A stretch of DNA of 64,000 nucleotides, taken from the NCBI RefSeq assembly GCF_006345805.1, contig NC_043011.1, forward strand, positions 49,240,464 to 49,304,463, written 5' to 3'. The translations under genes were made by a program, and so were the position numbers. Shown here in pieces: positions 36,321-50,459 of this stretch (positions within the stretch are counted from its first letter, which is position 1; each line of letters begins with the position of its first letter). The notes under the pieces were generated by a model, which made no database searches, had not been told where the DNA came from, and saw only the letters and a program-made list of their open reading frames with translations. This DNA comes from Octopus sinensis. Taxonomy: Eukaryota.

Positions 36321-36499
36321 CCTTCCCAGATAGAAAAATATTAAGAGATAATACATTCATACTATGTAGAATTCTTATAAAAAATATACAATCAATTATG
36401 GAAGTAATGGACATCTATGTATCATATTAAATGTATATATGCTGCTGATAGGCCAGTTACTGTGGTATTTGTCTTATGGAAGTTGCTTTCTTGCTTTGC

Positions 36500-36730
36500 T
36501 TCATGCTCTTGCTTGATGAGGCTGGGGTCGTTCTAGGTTAGTCATCCCAGGGACTTCATTATGCGTAGAGCCAACCAGATCTACCAGTGGCCTCCATTGC
36601 TGGTGACCTTGTGCCAGTCCCTCTGCATCCTCCAAGGTGACGTTCAGCCTTTGAGGAGTTCTTCCCCAATCATGTCCAGTCATCTGGTGCGTGGCCTCTT
36701 CCAGCCCCTAGCTATGACATCAAATGAGAA
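36500..36730 (-). pseudogene. RTE LINE 3' coding end
   Basis: RGWKRPRTR*LDMIGEEL...NVTLEDAEGLAQGHQQWRPLV matches GRPRTRWLD.I...L.DA..LA.DR..WR.LV. Confidence 0.75.
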
Positions 36731-37284
36731 TAAAGCCCTGGTAGGATGATCTAATGGAAGATGGAGGACATGTCTGTACCAACGCCAGATGGAGAACATG
36801 TCTGTACTAGCTGTACTGTGTTAAAAATACAATAAATATCACAGCTGCGCTGTGTTAAAAAATACGATAATTATCAGAGGGTGAAAAGATTCCTCCCAAC
36901 AGTGGCTTGCAAGGATGCTAGATGCTTTTAAACTTTCTAGGGCCTTGTCAACAGCAGGTACTCACAGTCATCCACATTCTCAGATAAGAATTCATTGCCA
37001 CAAATATAGGAAACAGTGAGTTAAACATTCACTGAAGCCATTACTATGTACTGCTAAAAAGTGATAATATAGAAGCCAACAATACTCAGTATCCTGATGA
37101 TGAGGCTCATATAGTCTGGAAACGTCCAGTAAAAGGAATTTAGGAATTTTTGTTTTTTTTAAACAAACCTAAAAGAGTCTTATATGAAGATATAAAATAT
37201 CTTAATAAACCTAGACCATTTGTTGTGTTTTCAATATAAAGCCAAACTATTCCCTGTATATACATATGTATGCATATAAGAAAC

Positions 37285-37477
37285 AGTAGTGCTCAAAGGA
37301 TTTGAACTTACACACCAAACTCTTTACTGAGGACTAAGTCCACAGGATAAAGAGTGGCCATAAGAGGAATCCAGGTGAAAAAATATGGAGATTCCTCTTA
37401 TAGTCACTCTTTGCCTTATGGATTTAGTTCTCAGTAAAGATTCCAGAGCTCAACTTTCAGTTGTTTTGAGCACTACT
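37285..37477. repeat. About 190 bp imperfect fold-back
   Basis: AGTAGTGCTCAAA...CTTTACTGAGGACTAAGTCC...ATAAGAGGAATC pairs with GATTCCTCTTAT...GGATTTAGTTCTCAGTAAAG...TTTGAGCACTACT. Confidence 0.85.
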
Positions 37478-37546
37478 AAGTGTTCCCTATATTGAGCATA
37501 TATGGATCTTATCTGTTGACTATTTATGCATATATATAGCATACAC

Positions 37547-37932
37547 GGAATGGAAGCACTCCGTCGGTTACGACGACGAGGGTTCCGGTTGATCCGAATC
37601 AACGGAACAGCCTGCTCGTGAAATTAACGTGTAAGTGGCTGAGCACTCCACAGACACGTGTACCCTTAACGTAGTTCTCGGGGATATTCAGCGTGACACA
37701 GAGAGTGACAAGACCGGCCTTTTGAAATACAGGTACAACACAAACAGGAAGTAAGAGTGAGAGAAAGTTGTGGTGAAAGAGTACTGCAGGGATCACCACC
37801 ATCCCCTGCCGGAGCTGCGTGGAGCTTTAGGTGTTTTCGCTCAATAAACACTCACAACGCCCGGTCTGGGGATCGAAACCGCGATCCTATGACCGTGAGT
37901 CCGCTGCCCTAACCACTGGGCCAATGCGTCTC
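37547..37932 (-). mobile_element. SINE family C, full length, with target-site duplication
   Basis: Reverse complement of 16161-16551; ATAGCATACA flanks both sides. Confidence 0.93.
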
Positions 37933-38049
37933 CACATAGCATACATATATATGCATCCACATACGCGCACACAGACACACGCACACATACATACATACAT
38001 ACATATATACATACATACATACATACATACATACATACATACATACATA

Positions 38050-38805
38050 CATTATATATACAGGCACATTGGGCAAGTAAATGGCATCAGCTATGGCCTT
38101 GGGCTGACCAAATTCTTGTGATAGGAGTTGGTAGACAGAAATAGAGATAAGCCAATTATATGGGTGTGCATGTGTTTATGTATGTGTGTGTGTGTGTGTG
38201 TGTTGTGTGTGTGTGCTCTTGAGTCTGTCCCTACAGCCCAGTGCTTGGCAACTGGTGTTGGTTTGTTTACATCCCCATGATTTAGCGAGCAGTTTGGCAA
38301 AAGAATTTGACAACATGAAAACCAGACATAGAAATCCTAAGTGCTAGGGTGGATTTGTTCAACTAAACCCTTCATGAAGGTGCCCCATGACCCCTCAGCC
38401 AAATGACTGAAACAAGTAAAAGAAAGAAGATAAAATATAGAAGCACTTGTGTGGGATGTGTGGTTAAGAACTTTACTTCCAAATAACAAGATTCTAGGTT
38501 CAGCCCCACTGCGTTGCACACTGGGCAAGTGTCTTCTCCTATAGCTTTGGGTCGACCAAAACCTTGTGAGTGGATTTGGGAGACAGAAACTGAAAGAAGC
38601 CTATCGTGTATATGTATGTGGGAGGGATTTGTTTATGTCCGTGTCCACCCCACTGATTGACAACCAGTGTTGGTTTGTTTACATCCACACAAATTATTGG
38701 TTTGGCAAAAGAGACAATAAATATCGGACTTAAAACAATATAAAGTACTAGGGTGGATTCATCTGACTGAAATTCTTCAAGGCAGTGAAGAAACTTTGTT
38801 ATTCA
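38050..38805 (+). mobile_element. Two diverged SINE family A copies
   Basis: Family A head, body and tail motifs at about 38050-38430 and about 38450-38805. Confidence 0.75.
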
Positions 38806-39049
38806 AAGCAAAGTGCAAGTAACTCTTACAAAAACATCAAAGAAGTTTTGATAAAAAATGTAAAGCTAGTTCAGTCGTGTTTACTCTAAGTCTGAGAGAA
38901 AAAACAATTATCAAAAGTATTTCCTGTACTGAAAACATCACAAAGACACGCATGCATAGATGCACGTGCACACACTCACATAGATATACATATATTTATG
39001 TATTTCTACATTTTTATTAATATGTACACAATTACACACATATATACAT

Positions 39050-39054
39050 TAGTG

Positions 39055-39086
<32 letters not shown>

Positions 39087-39115
39087 TATACATTGATATA
39101 TATATTATATATATA

Positions 39116-39162
<47 letters not shown>

Positions 39163-39253
39163 ATACATTGATATATATATATATACACACACACACACAA
39201 TACATTGATATATATATATACACACACCACACATATACATTGATATATATATA

Positions 39254-39284
<31 letters not shown>

Positions 39285-39530
39285 TACATTATATATATAT
39301 ACACACACACACACATACATTGATATATATATATACACACACACACACATACATTGATATATATATATATATACACACACACACATATACATTGATATAT
39401 ATATATATATAATATATATACACACACACACACATACATTATATATACATATACACACACACACACACATACATTGATATATATATATATACACACACAC
39501 ACATATATACATTGATATATATATATTCAT
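39050..39530. repeat. About 30-bp minisatellite (CACACACATACATTGATATATAT units)
   Basis: CATTGAT recurs about 10 times between CA and TA tracts. Confidence 0.92.
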
Positions 39531-40016
39531 AAATATATATACATATATCAATGTATATATGTGAATATATACATGAATAATAAATAGTATACATACACAT
39601 ATATATGTATGCGTAAATATATTATTATTATTATATATACATATATAATTACATACATAGGTGAGTGTGCAGATGATATTTTGTTTCTCCACCTATAGTA
39701 GAACTACAAAAGTATGTATTTATCGATAAATGTGTGTGTGTATACATATATATATATATAAACACACATATACGCCTTATTCACATTTAAGCACTTTAGT
39801 ACAAGAATTATCCCCACGGTGACATCAGCAAATTTGAACACAAAATGTAAAGAACAATAAGAGACATGACTGTGTGGTAAGAAGCTTGCTTCTCAACCAC
39901 ATGGTCCCAGGTTCAGTCCCACTGTATGGCACTTTGGGCAAGTGTCTTCTACTATAGCCTCATGCCAACTAAAGCTTTGCGAGTGAATTTTGTAGATGGA
40001 ACCTGAAAGAAGCCTG

Positions 40017-40049
<33 letters not shown>

Positions 40050-40312
40050 TAGATAGATGTGTGTATTTTCCCCTTGTTAATATGTGACAATTTTCGTTCT
40101 GTTAATTACTATACATATCCATCATTTTCTGTTAAAATGTCTTATTGACGAGTTTCACTTCTTCACCTCCCTGAATAAAAGATTACATTGTTTCACACCA
40201 ATTTATTCCTTTGGAATAATACCAGTGATATCTTCGAAACATGTGTCGGAAGTAAAAGAATTTGAATAACACCTGCCTTTAGCTGCATTTATCTATTATA
40301 TATATATATATA

Positions 40313-40454
40313 ATCTGGAAATATAATGCGACAATTATTTGGTAGCCATGATAAAACTCTGAGTTTCAGATGTCGGGGCAGAAACCCATGCCGGCATCCA
40401 AAACTTGGAGTTTTATCTTGGCTACCAAATAATTGTCACATTATATTTACAGAT
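40313..40454. repeat. About 140 bp fold-back abutting (TA)n
   Basis: AAATATAATGCGACAATTATTTGGTAGCCATGATAAAACTC pairs with GAGTTTTATCTTGGCTACCAAATAATTGTCACATTATATTT. Confidence 0.9.
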
Positions 40455-41048
40455 AAATTTCTCTACTTATATAATATCAGGATCTCTTTCATTCTTTTGT
40501 TGTCTTACCATTTCTATCAATATATATATATATATATATTGTGTCTGTGTGTGTGTGCATATGTTTGTCTCTTTATGTCTGTGTTTGTCCCCTACTACAA
40601 TCTGACAACCGGTGTTGGTTTGTTTACATCCCTACAACTTAGTATTTTGCCAAAAGAAACTGATAGAATAAGTATCAGTACTTGAAAGACGATAAGTACT
40701 GGGGTTGATTTGTTTGAATAAAACCCTTCAAGGCGGTGCCCCAGAATGGCTGCAGTCCAAAATGTCTGAAACAAATAAAAGATAACACAAGCAATTTTCT
40801 CCAACATCCTTATGATTCTCCCCGCCTCTACATCAGATATACATAAAAGTATATATATATATATATATGTGTGTATATATATATATAGGTGCAGGAGTGG
40901 CTGCATGAGAAGAAGCTTGCTTGCCAACGACATGGTTCCAGGTTCAGTCCCACTGTGTGGTACCTTGGCCAAGTGTCTTCTACTATAGCCTTGGGCCGAC
41001 TAAAGACTTCTGAGTAGATTTGGTAGATGGAAACTGAAAGAAGCCTGT

Positions 41049-41087
<39 letters not shown>

Positions 41088-41233
41088 GTTAACGTCCGCT
41101 TTCCATGCTAGCATGGGTTGGATGGTTCAACTGGGGTCTGGCAAGCCCGAAGGCTGCACCAGGCCAGTCAGATCTGGCCTGGTGCAGATCTGACTGGCCT
41201 GGTGCAGATCTGACTGGCCTGGTGCAGCCTTTC
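41049..41233 (-). mobile_element. Family D 3' fragment ending in a snap-back with 20-bp repeats
   Basis: (CAT)n...GAAGGCTGCACCAGGCCAGTCAGATCT, then AGATCTGACTGGCCTGGTGC repeats (its reverse complement). Confidence 0.85.
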
Positions 41234-41302
41234 ATATATATATAAATATAGGAGAGGAAAACACAACCCCACCATTTACTGACATATACATATATAAAAT
41301 AT

Positions 41303-41549
41303 ATGCGCCCTTTTAAAGCTTAGCCAGGCTCATCGGTCCAGTTTCCCAGTTTCAATGGTGTATGTGTTCCCCAGCTGGTTGGGACGCCAGTCCATCGCAG
41401 CGTTACTCTTTTTTGCCAGGTGAGTGGATTGAAGCAATGTCAAATGAAGTGTTTTGCTCAAGAACACAACACATCGCCCGGTCCAAGAATCGAAATCACA
41501 ATCTTACGATCATGATGCTGACACCCTAACCACTAAGCCACGTGCTTCC
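41303..41549 (-). mobile_element. tRNA-derived SINE family E, near full length
   Basis: Minus strand: GCACGTGGCTTAGTGGTTAGGGTGTCAG head, GTTCTTGAGCAAAACACTT, GCGATGGACTGGCGTCCC (V/Meta-SINE-like motif). Confidence 0.75.
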
Positions 41550-42401
41550 ATATATATATATTTATGTCTGTGTATGTGTATGTATGTTTGTGTTTCTGTG
41601 TTTGTCCCTCACCCACCTTCGCTTGACAACCAATGATGGTGTGTTTAGCATAACTTAGCAGTTCAGCAGAAGATACTGACAGAATAAATACTAGGCTTCC
41701 AAAGAATAAGTCCTGGGGGCAAATTTGTTCGACTAAAAGCGGTGCTCCAGCATGGCCACAGTCAAATGAGGGGTGAAACAAATGAAAAACATAAAAAAAA
41801 ATAAATAAAAGAATAAAGACAAACATTTTTTTTTCCCTGTTAACAGCAGCACTGCTGTTCTTTTGTGATTCCGAATTAGTCTGTGCAATATTTAATATCA
41901 TTTGCAATTCGTTCATATGTTCACGCTTAATCGTTTGTTGCAAAACGTCAAATGAAGGTGTGATACTTCATCGCTGTGCGGGACACAAGAAGAATAACAG
42001 CATGTGCCACTAGCTAGTCAGCTAGTGTTAAGTGGCTGATGAATTATCTATGAGACAAGTGTGATACTTATGGGGATTGACTAGTAACAGTTAAACAGTG
42101 GATAAACATTTTAAATAATACCTAATCAGAGGCGCAGCGTGTTGCAATCAATAATGCAGTTGCATAAGTCTGTTTAGTGGCTGCACTGTTTGCTGTATTT
42201 GATCTTGAATTAGAGGTGTTTAATGATACGGTGCACTGACAGCACTGGTGCTGATTGCCATGACAAATTACATACATATGTGTGGGTATGTATATATATA
42301 CGTACATACATATAAGTGTGTGTGTATGTATATATATACATACAAGTGCGTGTGTATGGCTAGATAGATAAACACACACATGCATATATATATATATATA
42401 A

Positions 42402-42445
<44 letters not shown>

Positions 42446-43649
42446 TTTATATGCATATATGTATATACATGTATATGCATACGCATTTATATATATATTA
42501 ACATACATATGTAACATACAAATTCATTTATATATATATATGCACACACAAATATATGCATGTATGTATATATACATATATATATATACACACATACATT
42601 TATGTATGAATAAAGATATGCGTACATATACACACACATACGTATTTACATTTGTATTTACATATACATACATTTATAGACACACACACATCAATATACA
42701 CACACAGAAGTGTGTGTGTGTGTGTGATATACAAATTTATTCATGCAATACAGAAAACTATTTCACAAGTTCACACATACACAAACACACATAAGGTGTG
42801 AAGGAGTGTGTGTGTGTGTGTAAATAGATATCCATATTCATATATGTGTGTATGGTTGGATGTGTATGTTTCCATATGTACGTGTTTATATCACCATAAA
42901 TTGATTTATAAATCTAAACTTTTTATTTTATTTTTATATTTTTTGTACAGTTTGAATAATTATTCTTTTTTTTTTATTGCAGAAGATAATTTCTTAGTTT
43001 TTTGTTTTTGTTATTATTCTGGTTGTTTAACCACAGGCTACATTTCACTCCATTAGCCAATGATTTAAGACATTCCCATCATGACCATCCTTTCTTTGAC
43101 AGATATGTTGAACTATATTACCTAATTTAAACCTGTCCTTCTACTAGATCTTGTTTTTTATTTGTTTCATTCAGTAGACAGCGACCATGCTCGGGCATCA
43201 CTGTGAAAAATCTTATTCAAATAAACCAAACCCACTACTCATTATTTTTAAGCCTGGTACATATTCTATCGATCACTTTTGCGGAACTGCTAAGTTACAG
43301 GGGAAGTAAACACACCAACACCTGATCTCAAGTGGTTGTGGGGTACGAGCACTGACACAATGACACACACACACACACATGCATACATGATGACGATGAC
43401 AACAGTGATGATGATGATGACAATGAAAACACCAATGATGACAACAATGACGATGATGATAATGATGATGGTGTTGTGACCAGGGTTGGATTTAGACTTA
43501 GTGGTGCCCTTGGGCCAATAAGCATTCAGAGGCCTTTATGATTATGTGTATGTAATTCATAACTGTTTAGATATAAATGATAGGAATGTGCATCGTAAAA
43601 GCAAATATTACATTTGTAAATAATCTAAATAGGAAACAACATTTATAAC

Positions 43650-43850
43650 TACAGAGATGTACTTGCATAGCAAGTGACTTGATCAGAGATCGTGTGCTGG
43701 AACGAAAACAATTGCAGCGTGGAATTTTGTCAGTGAACAGGTTGCGGTCTCAAAGCAACGAAAATATTTTGACAAATTTAAATGTTGAAGTGAATCTAAC
43801 GGTTTTTGTGTGTCTCTTAAATGGCTTATAAACACCTTCCACACTGCAAC
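43650..43850. mobile_element. Second copy of the 8.1-8.8 kb fold-back family (single arm)
   Basis: GAATTTTGTCAGTGA...AAATGTTGAAGTGAATCTAACGG...AAATGGCTTATAAACACCTTCCAC is shared with 8225-8350. Confidence 0.8.
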
Positions 43851-44859
43851 ATTTATAATTTTTCCTCAATTTTGTATTTTCCTAAAAATTGTTTTGCATA
43901 TTCCATAACTTTATTGGCTGCCAGCATTTTGATAACTTCTGACATGCTGATGTTTGTTAGTTCATTTTTTTAAAAAATGCATTGCAGTTGACTACCGCCT
44001 TATTGGAAAATATATACCTGAAATAGTTTTAAAATGACAATACTTAAAACGAGAGCTGATACAAGGCATAAGATAATAAAGAGAGCCCCATTAAATCTAG
44101 GTGACCCAAACATAAAAGAAACTCAATAGATTCAAAAGGACTTTGTTAAATTTAATGAGTTTTAAGGGCCCAATAAATCAAAAGAGGTTTCAATAACTTT
44201 AAAAGAACTCTACTGGAATTTAAGAAACTTAAACAAGTATGAAAATAACAAATCGTTGATTTGACTTCCATAAAAATATTTTTTGATTTTCATCTCAAAG
44301 CTTTAGGTTTCTCTTATTTAAAGGGGCTCCCAGTTCTTGCTTTTTCCCTCAAACTTGGGGGCCTCAGTACTATGGATCATTATAGCCCATGCAAAAAGCT
44401 AGTTCTGGTGGTGGTGAATGTCTTTATGTTGTGTAGCTATTTCAGTCAACTTCGATATTTGTTTGTCAAACGCTAAGTTTCAAAGCACAAACTCCTGCAC
44501 CATAAACATCAACAGACGTAAGAGCAGTTTTAACATACAAAGATCAAAAAGTATCAGGACTGTTGCTATGGTAACAGAGCTAAGGTACAGAATGAAGCTG
44601 CTTGGCACAGACTGACCTTGGCCTTGAACTTGTTGTGCATGCACACCAAATTTGTTACGTTTTTGCTCTCTTCGGTTGTTTATAAGAGTGCTTGAAAGTA
44701 AAGTGTGTAGAGTATGGTCGTCTCATCACACCACGGAGATTCCCTTAGTGATCACAGCAGAGAAAATATATGTGTGTGAGAGAGAGAGAGAGAAGAGAAA
44801 GAGGACATGGGTTGAAGTTTATTACAGCCAAGAATCTTACAGCATAAATCAAATCCCAC

Positions 44860-45499
44860 TCAGAAAAGAACAACTCAGAAGGAGATCCAAGCGAATACGA
44901 CAAGGCAGCTACTCATTATCCCCCAAAAAAGGGGATCCAGGAATGCTTCCCTCAGTGGAAACAACACTGGATAAAGTGTGCGGCTTCAAAAAGGGACTAC
45001 CGTATATACTCGACTTTAAAACGCCCTCTGACTTACAAGGCTCAAATCGGGAATATTATCATTGATCCAACTATAAATTGCAGTGACATTCTTGATATTG
45101 GAGGGCAAAATTCAATTAGGAATCGCGCCGACATAGTTGTTGTTCGGTACCTGATCTTTCAGAAAGCTGAAGATGATTTACAACAACTGTTATCCCATTA
45201 AGTCCATGCATCTTAGAAACCATTGTTTATGATATGAAATTTTATTCTTTTCGGTTATTCCAAGTGTCGGAATTTCAGACGTGGCTCGTACCTAGAAAAT
45301 ATCTGAAGATTATTTTTATAGGATGCACTTATAAGTCGCACCCCCCAACTTTAAGTGAAAATTTCAGGGGAATAAGTACAACTTATAGCCGAGTATATCC
45401 AGTACTTCGAAGGAGATCAAATGCCAAATTGATATGTGTTCTAAGTTGTAATTTTCTTTCTATAGCACCAAACCCAATACTTTTTTTTATCACACCTCG
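44860..45499 (+). mobile_element. Mariner transposon 3' end (transposase C-terminus and right TIR), interrupted by a MITE
   Basis: EIQANTTRQL...QECFPQWKQHWIKCAASKRDY then, after the insertion, FEGD; typical mariner FQ.CF.QW..RW.KC....GDYFEG; right end TTTTTTATCACACCTCG-TA. Confidence 0.8.
45000..45402. mobile_element. pogo/Tigger-like non-autonomous element with TA target duplication
   Basis: TA-CCGTATATACTCGACT...AGCCGAGTATATCCAG-TA; removing it restores the GAC TAC TTC GAA GGA GAT (DYFEGD) codons. Confidence 0.8.
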
Positions 45500-46156
45500 T
45501 AAATAATACAAACATTGACACAACCTAAAATGTAACACCATTTCAGCCCAGTGTAAACACATTCAAAGGCACATACACAAACACACATAAACACAAAGGC
45601 ACAAACACAAACACATAATTCCATATATCTCTTTAAGTATATTTTCCTATTTTGGCGTATATAATATTTCGGTATATCTGAGGATATTTACTATCTTTCC
45701 GTGCTTCTAGTATGCTTTGGTGTCTTTCATTGTGCTTTTGCATTGGTGTCTGTCAACACGTGTTTCCCTTTGTATTTTCTGGTGTACTTTGATGTACTTT
45801 GGGTACATTTGTGCTTTAGCTTTGGTAGTGCTTTAATTTTGATATTTTCAATATGTTCTGGTGAATGTTCTGTTTACTCAGACTTCTATATTCTATTTAG
45901 TGTATGTATATGTGTATTTAAGAATTATGTATGTGTGTATGTGTGTGTTTAAGTGTATATGTCATGCAGTTCGTTTCAATATTTCTTGCCAATAGAGAAA
46001 GAACCGGTTTCTAACCTAGATCCAAGGCTCCTTCAGTGGAATTTCAACATCAACATGTATGTATGTATGTATGTATGAACAAAAACAAGAAAAGACACCA
46101 AGGGCTAAATTTTAACAAAGGTGTTACTAGGGAAATGTTTGAAAGGTAATGGAATG

Positions 46157-46200
46157 GTTTTCCTAACGTTTCGAACGTCAATCTTTCATCAGAAAAAGAA
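46157..46200 (-). ncRNA. Decayed minimal hammerhead-like motif in a PLE-type relic
   Basis: UUUUU-CUGAUGA-AAGAUUGACGUUC-GAAA-CGUU-AGGAAAA; intact core, weak helix II. Confidence 0.35.
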
Positions 46201-46579
46201 GTAGAAGATGTATGTACGTTTTGTGACTATTTTTTCTCCGACAGTTTATTTTCTTTCTCTGTCTCAATTGTATTTCAATCAGTAACGGTTTGCTGCTCAG
46301 CATTATTTCTTTTCTGCCGGAGATATGAGTAACCTACTACTTTTAAATTCATCATATATTCTAATTACACAACTATGTAAATAATGGCCTTTTATACCAT
46401 TGAAACAGCTGCAGAGGACAAATTACAAACTATGTCTAAAATTTATGCGTTTCAAATTTTTATCTTAAATATATATATTTGAACATATTTTAATGTTTTT
46501 TTCATGAGGGTTTTTTGCACGCTTAAGTGTTTTATCCGTACATTAGTGTACTCGATGCTTGGATTATGAATTTATATAT

Positions 46580-46610
<31 letters not shown>

Positions 46611-47566
46611 GATATATATATCGGTTTCAATTTTAATACAAGGTCAACAATTCACATATTAGTTGATTACATCGTCCCCAGTTCTCATCTGCTATTTATT
46701 TTATCGACCTCGAAAGACTGAGAAATATAGTTGACCTCAGAATGTGACGACGGACAAAACGCTGTAAAGCAATTTGCCTGGAGCTGTAACGATTCTGCCC
46801 GATAGACATATCTCATGATTTAATGTATATTAATATTTATTCACCACACGTTAATCTAACAAGATTATGATCAAATCAAAAATATCCAAATCGTGACCAT
46901 TTTTATCTATTTAGGACTCCTTCAATTTCTAAGACGCGTATGGCAAGATGTGGAGGAGTTTTCGCTGCTCTTTCTCTCAAGTCAGACAACTACGTATGAG
47001 CACCTGTACATTTGTTCTCTTATACGTCGCGTAACTTTCAGAGGCCCCCTGTGACTTTTTGTTTCGAGGCCCCATCACTTCAATCAAAATTCATAATCTA
47101 CGCACCTTTTATTCATAGCCATATTTTACTTCATTCTATCTGAAGTTCAATATTTCACGTTATCCTAAAGAACATCTTTAAAAGTACAACTTAAATTTAT
47201 TTAGGTCTATTACAAATTTCAATAAGTAAAACTTCCAGATATGTGAGTAATAAGGACCAGAGTATACAAAGTCTATTTAGATAGGGACGTTCGTGGTACA
47301 ATGTAATATTTTTACAAGAACTTTTGCAGGCACAATGTATTACCATTTTATTTCTTGGAATTTTCAGTTAACGTAGTTTAATTCTTGTTCAACATCTTAT
47401 AGTAAATAGACGGTTCATCTGTATACTTTGATGTTAACATGGAGGCCTCCAACTGCTGAGGCCCTCTGCGACCGCAGGTGTTGCAGGGGCTTGGCGACGG
47501 CCATGAGTCACATATCTGTTCAGTATGGATTGCTGCTTAGATTTGTTGCAATAAATCTGTATTTAC

Positions 47567-47623
<57 letters not shown>

Positions 47624-47743
47624 CATGGCTTGATGTAGTTGTAGGTTTTATCACATTTCTGAAAATCTATTTAGTCTCAGGGCTTCGGCAACCTTTCTCA
47701 AGAAGCAGGTCACTTAAAACTCGGTTCAGCATTAGACGAATGA

Positions 47744-47795
<52 letters not shown>

Positions 47796-47862
47796 TCACG
47801 TGTTTTATATAAACACTCACTTGCATACAAACACAGAAATGCACACACATATATATGCTTGC

Positions 47863-47893
<31 letters not shown>

Positions 47894-48022
47894 CGTATGT
47901 GTGTGTGAACACGTGTTTGTGTGTGTGCATATATTTGATTATATGTACGTGAAAATATATCGTTAAATATATTAGTACATATATATTCATATGTATACAT
48001 GTGAGTATGCATATAAATGTAG

Positions 48023-48073
<51 letters not shown>

Positions 48074-48293
48074 GTGTGTGTGTGTGTGTGTGTGTATACA
48101 CGCATATGTGTGTGTGTATAATATGTGTATGTATATATATGTTTGTATCTGTAATACATTCATCTGTATGCTTATGTGGATGTATTTATATGCATATATA
48201 TATATATTCACAAACACATATACATATATATACATCTACCCATCCACTCATATATGTATGTATATGAATGTATGTATATGTATCCATGCATGA

Positions 48294-48340
<47 letters not shown>

Positions 48341-48786
48341 AGTGTGTGAGTACAAATGTGTGTTTATGTTGCGAAATTAATATGACTTGCATTAGGAATG
48401 GACAGGCGTCCTCTCAACATGGAGACAGTTGGGAGAGAATGTCATAATAGGAAAGACACAGAAACAAAACAAAGGATTATCAGAGCCACATGATACAGGG
48501 TTAATGCAAACCTTAAGAGTGCAGAGGATTTTGGTCGCTTGGTTGACCCGTGTTCCATTAAGTAACGAGTTAACACGTAAAGATTGCAGGATTATGACAA
48601 TGTAAGGTTTCTGACTATAAATCGTTACTGCTCTCTCTCTCTCTCATTTTAATCTTTCCCCTTCTCACCTTTCTCTCTCTCTCTCTCTCTCTCCCTCTCA
48701 TTCTCCCTCTCTCTCTCTTTTTCTCTGTTTCTGTCACTCTAAGAAGTATTGTTTGTCATATTGTGTTACGTATATGTGTGTATGAT

Positions 48787-48865
<79 letters not shown>

Positions 48866-49025
48866 CATAATATATATATATACACACACACATATATATA
48901 TATATTATATATATGCATGTGTCGATATAAGTAAATGTGTTTATTTATGCATGTGTATGTATTATTATTACACGTAACACTTACACATGTATTCATATGT
49001 ATACACGCACACACATATGTATTAT

Positions 49026-49068
<43 letters not shown>

Positions 49069-49454
49069 CATACACAGACACATGTATTTAATGTATATCA
49101 CATATGTATATATATATATATATATATATAATGTGTCTGTGTGCATGTATATATATATATTATGATATATATATATATATAATCGCATGCATTAATAGGA
49201 GATATATGCATATGTGTATGCTCTTGTGAATGTGTGTGTGTGTGTGTGTGTTTATTGATGTGTGCGTGCACGTGTGGCAGATCACATCGTTTCTCAAACA
49301 ACCTCACATCAAAAATTACAAATCACGAATCGCGACAGCAAGGAAAGGTCAACGTGAAATGGATATCACAACACCTCCTCCTCCTCCTCCTCCTCTCTAC
49401 TTTCACTTTTACTTTCACCTCCTGCATACGCTCACAGACACGTACGTACGTACA

Positions 49455-49910
49455 CACACCACCACCACCACCACCACCACCACCACCAACATCATCGTCA
49501 CCATAGCTACCACAACCACTGCATCACCAAGGCAGCCACCACTACAACCATGGTCCCTACTGTCATCACCAACATCGCCACCCTCATCCTCATCATCCCC
49601 ACCATCGTCTCTTCTAACATCGCCACCACTACCACAACCTTTATCACTACCACAGCCATGATTATAACCACCACCCTCACCGCCACCACCGCCATCATCA
49701 CCTTACCGCCATCACCACCACTACTACCACTGTCACTGCTGACACCGCCTCCGCCGTCATCGCCACCCCTACCACCACTATCTTCATCAGTACCACCACC
49801 ACCACCGTTACCATCATCACTACCAGCACTACCTTCACCATCACCACCACTACCACTACCACTAACATCATCATCATCATCATCATCAGTTGCAGCATCA
49901 CCAACACCAA
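49455..49910. repeat. (CAC)/(CAT) low-complexity tract
   Basis: Direct reading; it accounts for the Pro/Thr/Ser-rich and Gly/Asp-rich ORFs in the track. Confidence 0.9.
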
Positions 49911-50459
49911 CAGTTGGAAGTGAAATATGACAACATAAAATTTTTTTTTTTAAATATGTAAATAAAAAAAAACACATCAAGTAAACGACCTTACTTCGCG
50001 CACACACATGCACACACCACACACACACACACACATTATTCCTTAGTTCCATCCCAGATCTCTCCCAGACTAAAAATCAATATCAAAAGGTGAAGAGAAT
50101 GACAAGAAAATGTCAGAAAAAGGAGTTGGATTTTTTTCTCTCTCTTGAGTTTTCCTTCTATTTAAAAATTTACATTATTTTTAAATATCTTACTTAAATA
50201 AATTTTTTTTTTACACGATTTTAAATCTTACATTTAAAGAATTCCTTTATATTTTAAATTTTCGAATGATTTTTTTTTTTATAAATTTTAAAATGAAAAA
50301 AAGAAATCCTTTTTAAATTGAAATTTTTTTTGAATACAACTAAAAACAAATGATCGTGTTAAATTGAAAGCTATTTCCTATGGGCGATCCCCTGTTGATA
50401 GGGGATCGGTAACACAGAACTAAACGTTGAAACGTTTTGGTAGTAAAATTGAGAAATTC

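Noticed and set aside
44652-45065. 137-aa ORF as a gene
   Set aside because: It runs through a GA microsatellite, an out-of-frame mariner remnant and the MITE terminus.
49230-50052. Pro/Ser/Thr-rich and Gly/Asp-rich ORFs (also 32289-32751)
   Set aside because: CAC/CAT trinucleotide low-complexity DNA is open on both strands; no splice or start context supports coding.
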